Positions 14,016-26,904 of a DNA stretch of 64,000 nucleotides are shown one piece after another. The notes beneath the pieces were generated by a model that made no database searches, was not told the origin of the DNA, and saw only the letters and a list, made by a program, of their open reading frames with translations. Source of the DNA: Harriotta raleighana. Lineage: Eukaryota. Each line of letters starts with the position of its first letter. Position 1 is the stretch's first letter. A program made the position numbers and the translations under genes. The stretch covers positions 2,123,263 to 2,187,262 of the forward strand of contig JBNZDD010013683.1 of NCBI GenBank assembly GCA_050575255.1, written 5' to 3'.

Positions 14016-14168
14016 TCAAGCAAAGTAAAAAATCCCAGTATTCAAAATCTGACTCTTCCGACTACACGGATGAGTTTACCAAATGGAGTTCNTCAAGCAA
14101 AGTAAAAAATACCAGTATTCAAAATCTGACTCTTCCGACTACACGGATGAGTTTACCAAATGGAGTTC
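14016..14168. other. Probable assembly artefact: 76-bp overlap duplicated around a single N (14092)
   Basis: 14016-14091 equals 14093-14168 except for one C/A difference; the copies are separated by exactly one N. Confidence 0.85.
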
Positions 14169-14319
14169 TACCGAGCTACCGCTAGAGACTGTCAGTAATT
14201 TGGGGGAGAAGGTGAACACATCCTATAAAGGTGGTACCACATCTGATCAGGTCAATCTATAATCTAGGTCAACAATCATGTTACTTGAGTGCCCTGCTTG
14301 TACTGATGGCCAGTGCAGT

Positions 14320-14502
14320 ACCTTCAGTTAAGTTGTATCCGTTATAATTGTAATAATTTTGATAGATAAATTTCTTCACTGGCACGTGCTGTTTGTGTGT
14401 ATCTGCAATGNACCTTCAGTTAAGTTGTATCCGTTATAATTGTAATAATTTCGATAGATAAATTTCTTCACTGGCACGTGCTGTTTGTGTGTATCTGCAA
14501 TG
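14320..14502. other. Probable assembly artefact: 91-bp overlap duplicated around a single N (14411)
   Basis: 14320-14410 equals 14412-14502 except for one T/C difference; the copies are separated by exactly one N. Confidence 0.85.
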
Positions 14503-17164
14503 GCGCAGAATATCTCTTCTCGTGAAATGAACCGAGGTACAGCAGTGAAGCTGCATAGCAGGTGGTAAATGGACAGAAGTACTGCCCAATGGAGAAAGAA
14601 TACATCGCTTGTTAGGGATAATTTTGTCACGAGTCGAGCAGTTTATATCAGCATGTGTTCAAATTGGCAGTGGCATCGAGCCAACCATACAACTTCAGAG
14701 AGATTTTCTTTACATCATTAGCTTAGCAAAAAGCCTCACTTCATCTATTATCTAATTAACTCATTTATTTCCCCTTGGAAATAAATAATCCAGCTGAACT
14801 TCTTTTAGTAAATTCTTTTCAGTATGTGCACAATCTTTTAGATGTCCTACTGCTTCACATATAGATGCATGTCAAAGATTCTCCAGAAATAATGTACAAT
14901 TTGTGCACATTGAATCCTCTTTCTCTAAAGTGTACTTTCACTTCTACAGTTACCCTTTCTGCAAACTGTACTCAACGTGAAAGGCACTATACAAATGTAA
15001 TTTTGTTGTTTTTGTTGTATTTAATACATTAGCCCTGGGCTGCAAGTCTTCTTCCACAATGTCAAATATCTTTCATCCTTCAGCAGCTAGTACAGTTGTG
15101 CAACAGCAAGTTTTGCAGTAAAGCCAAACATGAGGTAAAATATAAGTGGGAAGAAATTCCACCTTTACTCTATTAATACTGCACAATATTTTAAAGCGTA
15201 CAAAATTTGCCCAAATTCTTAAATACAGTTGCTTAATTTTGCAAACAAATGTCTCTGAATTCAACAATTTACAAACTCTGGAAGATCTGAATTGCTGTTA
15301 ATACAGTAAATCTAGACCAAATTCTAGTTTGACTTTGCAGTAATACAGTACTACATGAAAGACCCAATCTTGGGCCAAACTAAAACTGGGGTAAAATTAA
15401 TAAGCAAATGAAGAAATTACTTATTAAACTTTTAAGTCAATTATTCAAGACCAACTTCTTTAAGTTTCTAATGCTGGAAAGGACTTGTGTTCATTAGAGA
15501 GCAGATTTAGCGAGCAGGGCTGCAGATCCTTTTAAATATGCGAGTTCACATATGGAGTGCAGCTTTCTCAAGTATGTAACGTAAGCATTTTACTTGAATC
15601 CCTAAATCTAGCATTTGGTGGAAGACATCATGAAAAAAATCTATTCTTCAATGGTATATGACAAAGAATGCTAACGCTGGTAAGAATACACTATTGGAAT
15701 GAAATTCCTTTTCACCCATCAATAAATCAATGAATGAATAAATCAATCAATGTTTAGTTCTGGATGGATGAAATGGAGCCACATCGACGAACTTGCTCAA
15801 ACTAGATTACGTTATTGACTCCAGGAGCCAATCTAAAGATTGCCAAACTGTTAAAATATTGTCACCAGAGCCAAGCTCTTGTTCACTTCAACATGTTTCA
15901 AAAGGCCATGTTGCTCTCCTGAATACCTTTCTCTCGTTCCTTGCAAGTGATAACAGCAACAAAAGGAGCTTCTGATTGTAGCACTCAAACAACAATAACA
16001 GACTTGTGTCTAGTCACAGCAATAAATTTGGACAAGTATACCGTAAAACTAATTCTCCGGAGGAAAACATTAAATTTGATTAACTCCAAAGTGGCTCCGT
16101 ACTTAATTTTGGAGTCAGAGTTGAGACTTCCGTGGCTCCAACCACCATTCTGTCTACCCACCACAGACTGGTGGATGATGCTATTTTCTTGGTGTAATCA
16201 CACAAACAAACCTCATGTTTTGAAACTGACAAGAAGTCTTTAAAATTGATTTGACAGAACATCCTCTAACATAAATAAGGCTCTGTCAAGAATGGTTTGT
16301 CTGTGACAAATGCAATATTTCAATTGAGTCCTAAAACCATAAAATTTTAATGTTTATGAGCCTCTGTTGCATTCTTTGATCGTTATCCTCTAACTTAAAG
16401 GGGAGAGGTCTGTGGCACTGATACTATATTATGCATAGATGCATTCAGTGCTATTTTTCAATTATAGAACATACTTAAAGATACTTTGTGGCAGTCAATG
16501 ATTACATAAAATATAGTCATTCATTTTCCTTTGAAACATTGACGTATTCTGATTTCATTGATGTGCACCTGAGCAAACGAATCCATTCTGACTTGCGCAA
16601 AACAATTTGAGAGAAAAAGATAGATATAATCATAATTTACTAAGGATATATTGAGGGGCCTTTACTGGGAATCATATGAAAGAAATTATTCTTGGATGTA
16701 ATAGAGAATTGCATCCTGACTGAATCAGTTGAGCCCTTGTGAAAGGGGAAACTGATAATAGGTCAAATCCTCTTGTGAACATAAGATGGTGGAGGATGAT
16801 GTGGTCAAAGAGCACCCAACAATGAGTGACCACAATACAGATGACCACATGGAATTACTGTATATAGAATTGCTTAGAAGTTACCAAATGGACCTCAACG
16901 GTATTTATATGGCAGGTGAGCATCCACCTCTCCTTTTCCCATAGCCCTCTATTCTCTTCTCCCTCATGTATGCGTTGAGCCACAGCTCTTCAAAACCTAG
17001 ATACTTTCTGCTTCTCACTTCACAATTTAATTTGCATTTGAGGCAGCATAAAACCTGATGAGGAGTTATACTGAGAATGAGATCATGATTGCGGGGAAAC
17101 ATGAAACAAATGATGAAGTTTATTTTTAATCAATATATTTGTAGCAAAACATTTTGGGTGTTTC

Positions 17165-17286
17165 ATTTGCAACTTGTCTGGATGGAGTGTCAGCCTAGCA
17201 TATGAGCTCAGTTCTTGATGCAGGGCTTTGAACCAGCAATCTGCAGTGATAATGCTACACTCTCACCAATTGGACCAAATTGACAT
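17165..17286 (-). mobile_element. Older DeuSINE 5' head fragment
   Basis: cagcctag...gggctttgaaccagcaatc...ccaattggaccaaattgaca resembles the heads at 21190-21275 and 38620-38705. Confidence 0.5.
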
Positions 17287-18079
17287 CTATAACAAAATAG
17301 GACAAAGATTTGATCATATTAGGATTATCTATATTTAGATTGGAGGAATGTCATAGGAACCAATATAGGAACCATTTGAAAAATGAACTTTAATGCAATG
17401 GAAGTGCTAGAGACTAATAAGTCATGCAATTTAGTATGAAAACTCTCTGCCTAATGTGTTGGAATGTAACGATTTATAGAGAAAAGTAAAACAAAGAGGG
17501 CATTTTACCCTATACAGTAATGAATTAATCACAGTTTTATTTTTTTTATTGAATTTAAGCTGTATTTATACTTGTTTTTCTAGAATTCCTTGCTTTTAGG
17601 ACTTCCTTCAAAAAAGCGCTTGTGTTTGAAACACTAACTCTTTGATGGTTATTTGCCTTGAGCTGAAATAATCTGCCCCTTTCACCTCCAGCAGCATGAC
17701 ATGGCCTTAGGGCAAGTTTTCAGTTTGACAAAAGGCCCGCAAACAGAGGAATCACTAATCACGCTGTAATTCCCAGATGGAATTTCTGGCAATGAGCTCA
17801 CTTCAGCACCAATATCAATCTATTAATGGGGACATTGTTCACAGCACAATTGGTTTTTTTCACAAGACACACATCATAGATTTCTACAGATCTGGCACTG
17901 TCACAGTCAATATTTTCTGAGAGCAAAAACGTTATTCTCGGAGAAATGCATTCACATCAAAATCTCAGCTGGACTTGTCAGTCAACTGGTGATTAAAAAA
18001 AAGACACTGATTGCCAATACAATGGCATCATTTTCTGGGTGGCTGTCTTTTTCTGCAGGTTGGGGACAAAAAGGCAACT

Positions 18080-18340
18080 GATAATAATCATTTGCATTTG
18101 ATGCAGCATTTTATCACGTTACAACGTCTCAAAGTGTTTTCGGTAAAAGTGTAATAAGTATGTATTTGCGGGAAAACACAGCAGCCAACTTGCACACAGC
18201 AACATCACAAAAACAGTCATTTGATGTCAGTTTAACTGGAGAATTGTTGGCTGGGAGATGGGGAGAAATTTACCTGTCTTTTTGAGTGGTTCTTTAAGGT
18301 CCATCCGAACAGGCCACCAATTAGCATTTATCCAAAGTAT
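18080..18340 (-). mobile_element. Older DeuSINE with Deu domain
   Basis: Tail, then gcagccaacttgcacacagcaacatcacaaaaacag, ttgttggctgggagatggggagaa and ccatccgaacagg. Confidence 0.75.
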
Positions 18341-20914
18341 CTTTAGCAATCATTAGTTACTAATTTGTCAATAAATTTCTACGCATTTTGCTTCTTCTTG
18401 TGCTATAATTTCACCGTTTCAGTAACTATTGTACCTGAATTAAAGCACAATGCATCTTCTCTAAAAGTTTCATATCTGCTCCTTTCCAGTTCGTAACCAT
18501 CCTGTGGTTCCAACCTTGTGGGAAGGAACCTAAAATATGGCACATTTGGGAGCTTTTCTCTCGTGCCTTTTAAGAATACAGGCTGCAAGTAATATTGATG
18601 GGATATGAAGACCTAAGGCCTGGCCTGCTACATGGCAGAGGCCAGTCCGAGACCCGTAAATTGTTCAGTCATGTGCTGTATTATGTAAGACTAAATAGCC
18701 TACAGAGGGCCACATCCTTGTGTTAATAAGCTGTTTTGTTCTGCGCACTTGAACCTGGAGGAAGGGTTATGTTGAACATGTACACCGAACATCAAATGTA
18801 ACCTGCCAGAGATCCTCCATTGCATCCGTCCTGGTCGGTTGTACCATATGGGTTTGATCTTATACAAGCAGGTTTGTTTGCCATTGAAATCTCCTGCTAC
18901 TGATGTTTTCTCCATAAGGGACTCCCTCGTATTTTGACTTTCTCAATTTGTTTCATCGGGCTGGATAAACAACGTTACGCCAACCATTCCGTTTTATTTA
19001 CCATATATAAATACTTTACTTTCATTCCTCTGACTTAAAATCCTCACACTGCTAAAAAAAAAATGCCAGATTTAAAGTTGTGATGTTAACAGTTGAAACT
19101 ACACTGCATTCATTCGTATTGTATTTGGCTAGAGTAACAGGCAGCAGATAATTCTTTACTGAAGCTCTGATGTAACATTATCCTTTCTAAGATGTGATCT
19201 TAAAAGAGAGAAAAAAGTTACATTAAACTACAGTATTTTTAGATGTTTTGCTCTATTCTGTTGTCAGGCAATGTCAGGCATATTGTCTATTGTAATCATA
19301 CATTGCTGTTACCGGTCTGTTCAGCGCTAAAGTGGACAGGCCAATAATAGCAATAATACACAATGAGTTTATATAAAAGGATTGGTACAAATTGACCAAT
19401 CTCTTATTTAGTTTCGTTATCTTTATTAAAATTAAAAGTTTTTATATCATTTTCCAATGATTTAGTTCACTGTCAGTACTGAATTATTTGAATTTACAGT
19501 TCATTTGCAACATTTGTTTTCTTAAATTACTCAAAATGCCTCAGCCTATGAATATTCAAGAATCTTTTGAATGCTCTAGGTTACTCTGATCCCTAATCGC
19601 TTTTGGAAATGAGTCTATTGACGACTGTTTCAAGTCCAGGAAAATTATTTTTAGAATCTGCCGGTTGGCAATTTGCCTGACAAAGCTCTAATGGTAATAA
19701 TATTTTGTTTTTGAGTTAAAGAGGTGTAAAAAGCGATACATGGAACATTTTCAGAATGTAACCTTTGCCCAACCTCATTACGCTCCCCAAACAGAGGTTT
19801 CTTGTAAGAGACCAAATGCAATTTGTGGTAAGAAAGTGACCATTTTGATAGGATTTGCCTGCGGCGAATTATGAATCATACAGGATTTGAATTTATTGCT
19901 TGTCTGCTACATAGAGATAACATGAAATATGTAGACTTTCAAATAGCCGTTTGCCTACCAAAATACATAGTCACTACACCGCAGTGAATCCTCTGAAGTA
20001 CTGACGTAAAATGCGCTTTGTCAAATGCATGGATTAGTAATATTATTATAAAGGGAAATTTTCACACACTGTAGTTTCACATGCTTAATATAGAAACTCC
20101 AGTCCTGGTCTAATCCTAACAATATCAAGTGCACTTACACTGGACCTGTATCTTTTTAGAGTTTTGCTTCTCGCTTACTTTGCTTTAAATCCCATTTAAA
20201 TTACTAAATTTAGGTTGGCATGAATATGACATGATTGCTACAAACTTGGCAGTGAGAATCCTCAGAACGTTCCCACTAAAGCCTATGGGTTATGTGTCTA
20301 AGGGTTTAACATTGGCAGTATTAGTGGTATCACTGGTGTGGAAATAACTGCACTTTTGGAAAGAATCAATGTCTCCAGGCAACAGACATGGAGACTCAAA
20401 ACTGCCACACTGGCGTCCCAACAAAGCACAAATGTAATTGAATTTAAAACGGACTGAGTTCTCTAGGAGTAGGAACACTGCAGACTCTGAACTGGAAGCC
20501 AGGAGCCAGCTTACCAGAGAGGGTAAGCAGTTTCCCAATAAGAAGCATTTGGAGATAAACCTTGGCTCCATACTTATTTTTTTACATTGGAAATCGCGTA
20601 CAAGATTTGAAAATTGGAGGCTTCATTTCAAAGGATTGCAATTCAAGAATGTTGAAGGGAAAGTTTTTTTTACACAAAAAAAAAGTTGTATGTGCTAAAG
20701 AAAAAATAATATAATTAAAGTGAGTATGGTAGCAGCAAAAAAAAACAGAATGTAAGGAAAGGAAAATTGAAAAACTCAAGTGAAAAATTAAAAATATATG
20801 TTTTAAAAAGCCGCTGTATGGTGTCTGCTGTGAAAGAGTTTAATATTCCAGCTCCAAGCAACTAACACTATAATTCTGTTGTTTTTTAGCCTCTTTTTAA
20901 AAACAATCACGTTA

Positions 20915-21275
20915 AAATTTGCATTTATACCACACTTTATCCACATCAATACACTCTCTACATTATTTACTGTAGTAACTAGCTTTGTAGACTAGTGTGG
21001 CAACTCTGTGTACAAATTAGGGTACCATAAACCGACAGCCATGAATACCGAACAATTCATGTGCAGAATCATTGGCCACCACACCAAGAGAATCTCTCTT
21101 TTGGTGCCAAGGGACCTTTAAAATCCACCGTAAAGGCAAGATTCCACCACTAACAATGTAGTATTTGCCTATAGCTTCAGCAAATTATCTGCCTAGATTT
21201 TGACCAATGTGGGACTAGAATCCACAGGTTTCTAATCCAGAAGTGAGAATCCTACTTACTGAATCAAACTGATAC
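20915..21275 (-). mobile_element. Older near full-length DeuSINE
   Basis: Tail ttgcatttatacc, Deu ggtgccaagggacctttaaaatccacc, head gtgggactagaatccacagg...ctacttactgaatcaaactga. Confidence 0.7.
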
Positions 21276-21289
21276 ATTGCAGGATACTG

Positions 21290-21480
21290 TAATAATAATT
21301 CTTGCATTTGGTATAGCGGTTTTCACATCTTCTAGCTGTCACAAAGCGCTTCACAGAACATACTGTAAAGTGAATTGACTGGACATATGTGGGCGAAATG
21401 CAGCAGCCAATTGCGCTCAGCAGTGTCGCACAAACTGTTGTGGATTGAAATGACCAATTTATTATTGTTTTTAGAGGGAT
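21290..21480 (-). mobile_element. SINE (Deu core + tail)
   Basis: High similarity to the reverse complement of 3440-3624. Confidence 0.88.
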
Positions 21481-22095
21481 TATCACAGGAGATAGTAGTA
21501 TCTGATTTGTTGAATGTGAAATTTCTTTTTATTCCTTGTGAATTTGAAGAGGTACATGCCAGCCTTTTGAAGTAGCTTGAATAGTTTCAGTAAAATTTGG
21601 GGCGGCTCGTTCTTGATTTAACATCAACACACATGGATCCTCTAAATACCAGTATTTTAAACCGTATCCCAGAGAAAAAAAGACTCTGAGACAAAATCTG
21701 TGAACAAATGAAACCTAATAGAGACTTGGGTATCTAGTTCAAGACTGTTATCTAATGTCTGGACTCAGGTAATAGTTATAAAAGCCATCTGAGCACTTGA
21801 TTAGATTAACTGCCAAGTACTGTAACTAACTCCCAGCTTTCTAGTTTTTCCCTTACTAAGAATTGGACCTAGGGGTTTATTGGAAAAATAAGCCCTGAAT
21901 GACACCATGACCACATAATCTACTCATCTGCGCAGGTCACAGTTTATACATATTTTTGAGGGTGGTGGTTCAAGGAATGAGGTAGTTACTAACTCTTGCT
22001 ACAGTTGTGTCTGTTCATCTATTGAACATAGACTATTGTAACCGACTCAGAGAGGGATCCATACACACTGAACATGCTACAGAACAGTCACAGAA

Positions 22096-22205
22096 AACAT
22101 CTTTGCATTTGATACAGCGCCTTTCACATCGGGAGGATGTCACATCGAGAGGACGTCTCAAAGCAGTGCTGACTGTGGAGTGTGGCCACTGTATTTTGCA
22201 GGCAA
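22096..22205 (-). mobile_element. SINE/L2 tail with a short internal duplication
   Basis: ttgcatttgatacagcgcctttcacatcgggaggatgtcacatcgagaggacgtctcaaagc. Confidence 0.7.
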
Positions 22206-23119
22206 ACAGACGACGGGAAGACCATCATCAGTTGCTGAAAATAAGATCCAAAATACTAATAACAGTTGCAATTAGTAGAATAAATAAAAATTATATTGCT
22301 TCCACATTCAACGACCAGACAATGCACCATAGTGCTGGAAGTTTGCGGTGGGCTATGTAATTATCGGATCGCACACCACAAATTTCCACCCTACAGCATT
22401 TTAAAGGGCAGACGCAGAAAAAAAAAAGAGAGTTCCAGGAAATGCATTGCTTTTATTATTCCCACAAGGTCTGTAAAGTTATAGAAAAACAAATAGAGAT
22501 TTGAGAGCAAGACTTCGACGTTGATTAAATAGAAGATTTTTTTTTGAATGACTTACATTGGTCTGAATCATTAGGCAAAATAAAAGCTATGGCCAACCTA
22601 ATGTCCTCTGCCAACTTGTTTTGCCTTCCAGCTGGTCTTTGGGAGAGCTGATGCTTTGACATTCAGCATGGTCTCCATCCATCCTGACCAAAGGATATTC
22701 CTCTGCTGCCTGCAAATACCACAACACATGTGGCTGCCACATGGGGAACAAATGTGTGTTTGATCTTAAGGCATCTCAAAAGGATTCGCCACTGGGCTCC
22801 AGTTGACCAAAGGCAATCTTTATCACCATCCTTGCACTGCACAAGCAGTTACTAACTGTCTCATATTGAGGGCACAGCAATCCTCCGCAACCATGGAAAC
22901 AGCGATAAATGCTGTTGTGGTCACGTTAAGTGAGATCCAATTGAGCCCTGGCAAAGCTGCTTGGGTTTCTTGGGAGTCTGTAGATCATTTTCATTTCAAT
23001 ATAAAATAGAATTGTTCTGATCATCCCTTTCTACAAGAATGCTGTTGCTTCTGCACTAGTGTATAAAACATCCAGGATAAATTATAATTTATTCCAGACC
23101 TAGACCAACATATTGCTAT

Positions 23120-23365
23120 ATCAAGACAGTAGAACAAGAGACTTGGGTGTAGAGTTGTAAACAACGGGACAGAAAAAAATGAAGTTTCTGTTTACACACA
23201 GGGTAATCAATGACTGGAACAGGTTGCTAGGATAGGTGGTAGAGGTCAGGTCATTGGATTCATTCAAAAAAAACAGCTTGATGCAGTGATGAGGGGATGG
23301 TGGAATGGTTGAGTGGGTGTTCTGGAAGGGATGAGATTGGATAGATCGAAAGGCCAAACCAACCA
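23120..23365 (+). mobile_element. CR1 LINE 3' end
   Basis: KFLFTHRVINDWNRL...VVEVRSLDSFKK matches the CR1 ORF2 end FFTxRVVxxWNxLP...SLxxFKxxLD. Confidence 0.8.
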
Positions 23366-24274
23366 AATGATCTTGTGAGCATTTGGGGGAAGAATAGACA
23401 GTTGATTGCATAGCCAATGTCTACCAGATCAGAAAAGGATTATTGTGGCTCCTGAAACTCTACTCTCCTCCAAGTCTGGAAGAAAAATAGGATGCTGCTC
23501 GCTCAGCTTTTGGTAACATGCCAATGACCGTACCTTTATTTCGAACAGATAGTTTTGAAACTGTTTGCATAAAGCTGATTTCTAATGTTTGCACTATCAA
23601 TTATAAAGATACCTACATGCTCGCACTCTCCTGTACTCTGCCACACAACAAGTTTCAGCATCGCATATCTCTAATTTTGTGGTATTTCTTAATTGGATTC
23701 TGTGATAAGTAAATTGTGCAAATTGGGACCCATATGTGTGTCATCTGGGATTTGTTAGTAAAGAGCAATCCTGTGCAAAAAAAAGATTATATACAATTAT
23801 CTGGTGCTACAGAACATGCAAAGGTGACAAGTTTAGGAAAATCTGTGTTGTTTACTCCAGTAATATCAGGAACACAGCTGTGATTCACTCTGTGTTTCTT
23901 TGGTTGTATGGCTATGTACCATTACTTCTCGATTTGCATGAATTATTTTTTGTGGTTTGCCTCTTACTTCAATATTGTGGTGAATAACTTCCTCCTGGGT
24001 TATTGCTTCCTTGTTTTGATTTATCATTTTCTAATTGAGGTTCATTCTTCATTTCATCCAGCTTGTTTATTGCTTTCTTCTTGTGGTTCATAACGTTGCC
24101 ATGTTCCTTGAGTTTATCCTGCCTTGTGATTTCTATATTCCTCACTTTGTTGCCATACTGCTGTAGTTGGCTTATTCCGAGCTTGTTGTCGTTGTTCCAA
24201 CAGGTCAGCCTGTCTCCAAACAATGGAGCAATGGATGAAAGAACTGTTCAGAATCAATGTTGCATGCAGCAATG

Positions 24275-24375
24275 ATAATAATATTAATAATCCTTACCTT
24301 TGGTATCACGCTTTCTACATTGTGAGGGCATATCAAAGCACCTCACCACACTGTAAAGTGGAGTGACTGTGACTG
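24275..24375 (-). mobile_element. SINE 3' fragment
   Basis: ataatccttacctttggtatcacgctttc...actgtaaagtggagtgactgt. Confidence 0.65.
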
Positions 24376-24419
24376 CGTGCTTTGGGATGTGCGTTTGGAT
24401 AAAGTTAAACTTTGAATTA

Positions 24420-24610
24420 GCCCCTGGAGAAGGGGCACAGACGGGATACATCGACTTCAAATATTCAATTGATCAACCTCAATAAAAGTCTCCACTGAGC
24501 CTGGAGCTGCTAAAGGGCTCCAGAGGCATGGGTTATATAACCACCAGATCATTGGTAGCAATCACTCACTGGTGCAATTGGCAAGTCCACATTCACGTAT
24601 CAAGATGGTA
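24420..24610 (+). mobile_element. Very decayed LINE reverse-transcriptase relic
   Basis: YIDFKYSID resembles the RT motif YLDFxKAFD; downstream WCNWQV resembles CR1 W(A)xxWQM; large deletions are needed to align. Confidence 0.3.
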
Positions 24611-25044
24611 TGTTTACAGATCTGCAAAACGCAATCTAAAAACAATACAGAGTTCCAACTGTTTTTTAAAAGAAAAAACAACGCGCAGCAGTGTCTGTCT
24701 GACAATCCAGACAACGTTTCATGATCCTTTGAAGGAATCTGTGGTTCCAGGCGAAGATTACATAAGCTGTTAATTCTTTTTTGAAAAAAGTTTTTGTACT
24801 CCAAATAGACAAATTGAAACACATTTTCTCAGGTCTTGGTATAACCAAGTACATGATTAATTACGGTTTACACAATACAAGCAGATGCATACAGTGAGTC
24901 TTAAAAATAATCTGTATTTTAGGATAGTATTTATTAAATGTCCGGTTACTTCTAACCATGTCAATACTTAAATATAATTAATTTTCTTTTACTGGGGCAA
25001 CTTTCAGCTTCCCCCTTAATACGTTCTATCCCATCGATGGAGTA

Positions 25045-25280
25045 TTTGTGTTTCTTGTATATAGCACTTGGAATTTATCTGTATTAAACTTCATTTGCCA
25101 GTTATTAACCCATGTGCCTACAAGATCTATTTGTAAGACCTTTGCTGCTTCCTCTGATTCCAGGTCTACCCTAACCAGTGTAACTATCTTATATTGGGTC
25201 AAATATATTCAAGAACAGACCCCTAAGGAACCCACGTAATACTTTCACCCGATTTTGACCTAACTCCTCTACCAATGATC
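25045..25280 (-). mobile_element. CR1 LINE RT fragment
   Basis: Minus strand gives ITWVP*GSVL (SGVPQGSVL-like) and WVNNWQMKFNTDKFQVL (WQMxFNxxKCKV). Confidence 0.8.
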
Positions 25281-26177
25281 CTAGGAAGATACATTTAATC
25301 ATATCTTATTTATGTATACTGTCACATCTCCATACACGTTATAAAGCTGAGGATTACACAGATATTTGCCCGGACTCATAAAGTTATCCCTTACTCAACG
25401 AAAACAGAAAGTTGGCCAGATATAAAAGTAAATTCCAGGTGAACTAAAATGAGAAGGGGTTAAACTTTCTGGGACCCTGAAATGTCTTTTCACCCCCCAA
25501 AAATATATTTGGGGGGATTTGTGCAGCCGTTCAGTTCTCCGCAATAAATTTGTTCACACCGTTTGCGGAATAATTTTCCACAAAGGAATGTCATTTAGCC
25601 TTCATGTCAGTTTTGTGTCAGTTGCCAGATGTCAGCCTTGCTGCGCCAACTTTAAAGCAAGACTTCTCCAATCACCTGCCTGCTGTGTAAGCCTCTCTCC
25701 CCATTTGGTGCTCTCGGCTCCACAGCACGGGGCTCCCAAATGCCCCTGGATCAGTTACATTAAATTCCTAAGGATGAATTTTCAATTTTCTCATGGCGTT
25801 CGCAAGTTTTGGTTGACGAAATGGAACCTAAACCTCTCTTGTACGGCTCCCACTTTTTTTCCAGCCCAAAGCGAGAGACAAACTTCAGAACTAACAGAAC
25901 ATTTCATTCTTAAAGAGAACAGCCAATTCTTCGCCTGCTGGTGTGCCACCGATCACAAGTAACTGATATCTCCTTACCACGAACAAAAATCCATTAGGCG
26001 CCTGTAGAAAATGAACTCGTGAGATACAAATATAAATAAACTGCATAAAACTTGGTTTAAATAATTTTTTTCTAGTTTATAAATTTGTAATCATTAGTTG
26101 GATTTGGACAGAGAAAGTTTACTACTAGTGGCTTTCAAATCCAATGCGACTGAAATCACCTACAAAATATAGTTACT

Positions 26178-26320
26178 ACAACAACAACGACAACTTGGAT
26201 TTATATAGCGCCCTCCACGCCAGACTTTACACTACCCTTTACAGTGAATCTTGTGAATCGCTCTGAGATGTCCTACCGATCTGAAAGGCTTTATGTCAAA
26301 TGCAAGAATTATTATTATTT
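26178..26320. mobile_element. Two back-to-back SINE/L2 tail fragments (minus about 26178-26225, plus about 26230-26320)
   Basis: (caa)n-cttggatttatatagcgccc followed by tttacagtgaatcttgtgaatcgctctgagatgtc...tcaaatgcaagaattattatt. Confidence 0.7.
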
Positions 26321-26904
26321 AATTACTTATTTGAATTATTTGAAGTGTTTTCAGCAATTACATACTGACTTTCGATGTATTTTAAATGGTATTTGCTTGC
26401 AGTCTGGATTTTGTTCTCTGTACAAGACAAAAATGACATACAAACTAAACAACTTTTCATACACAGATGGCACAGCTGCTCCCATCATCTGTTTAATATA
26501 ACGTTCCCAAAAGGAAAGGACTTCCTTCTTTTTGTATCACAGCCTGCATTTAATGCTTTTTTAAAAAAAAATATGCTTGCACCTTCTCTTTCCTCCTTTT
26601 TATGTATTCGATAGGAATCGTTCACAGTGATACAGGCCCCAGCAGTCAGGTCAATTTACCCTAATTGTCTCCTCCATGTTCATCCTCAATAATGCTCCAC
26701 GTCAAGGAAGCAGAAGAGACACTTTCAGTAGAAGGAATGAGACTCTATCATGTATCCCTTCATAACCGACCAGTGGTTAAACTGAGCCCAAATGATCTTC
26801 ACTGCACTACAGTTTAAATCTTGACATATCAATCAATACTCTCACTAAGATGTCCTATCCCCTCCACATCTCCATATTTTGGGTTGAGGTGTCCCAGTAA
26901 CTGG

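Noticed and set aside
14016-14502. Two tandem duplications that could look like repeat-spacer units
   Set aside because: Each is split by exactly one N and differs by one base, the signature of unmerged allelic contig overlaps rather than a biological array.
17960-17995. aatctcagctgg similar to miR-216a
   Set aside because: The 3' half diverges and no ~60-nt precursor hairpin forms.
18403-18588. Short ORFs with acceptor-like sites (also 28462-28637, 32684-32907, 39110-39215, 46522-46645, 55496-55690)
   Set aside because: No recognisable protein motifs and no consistent strand or phase chain linking them; compatible with chance in 64 kb.
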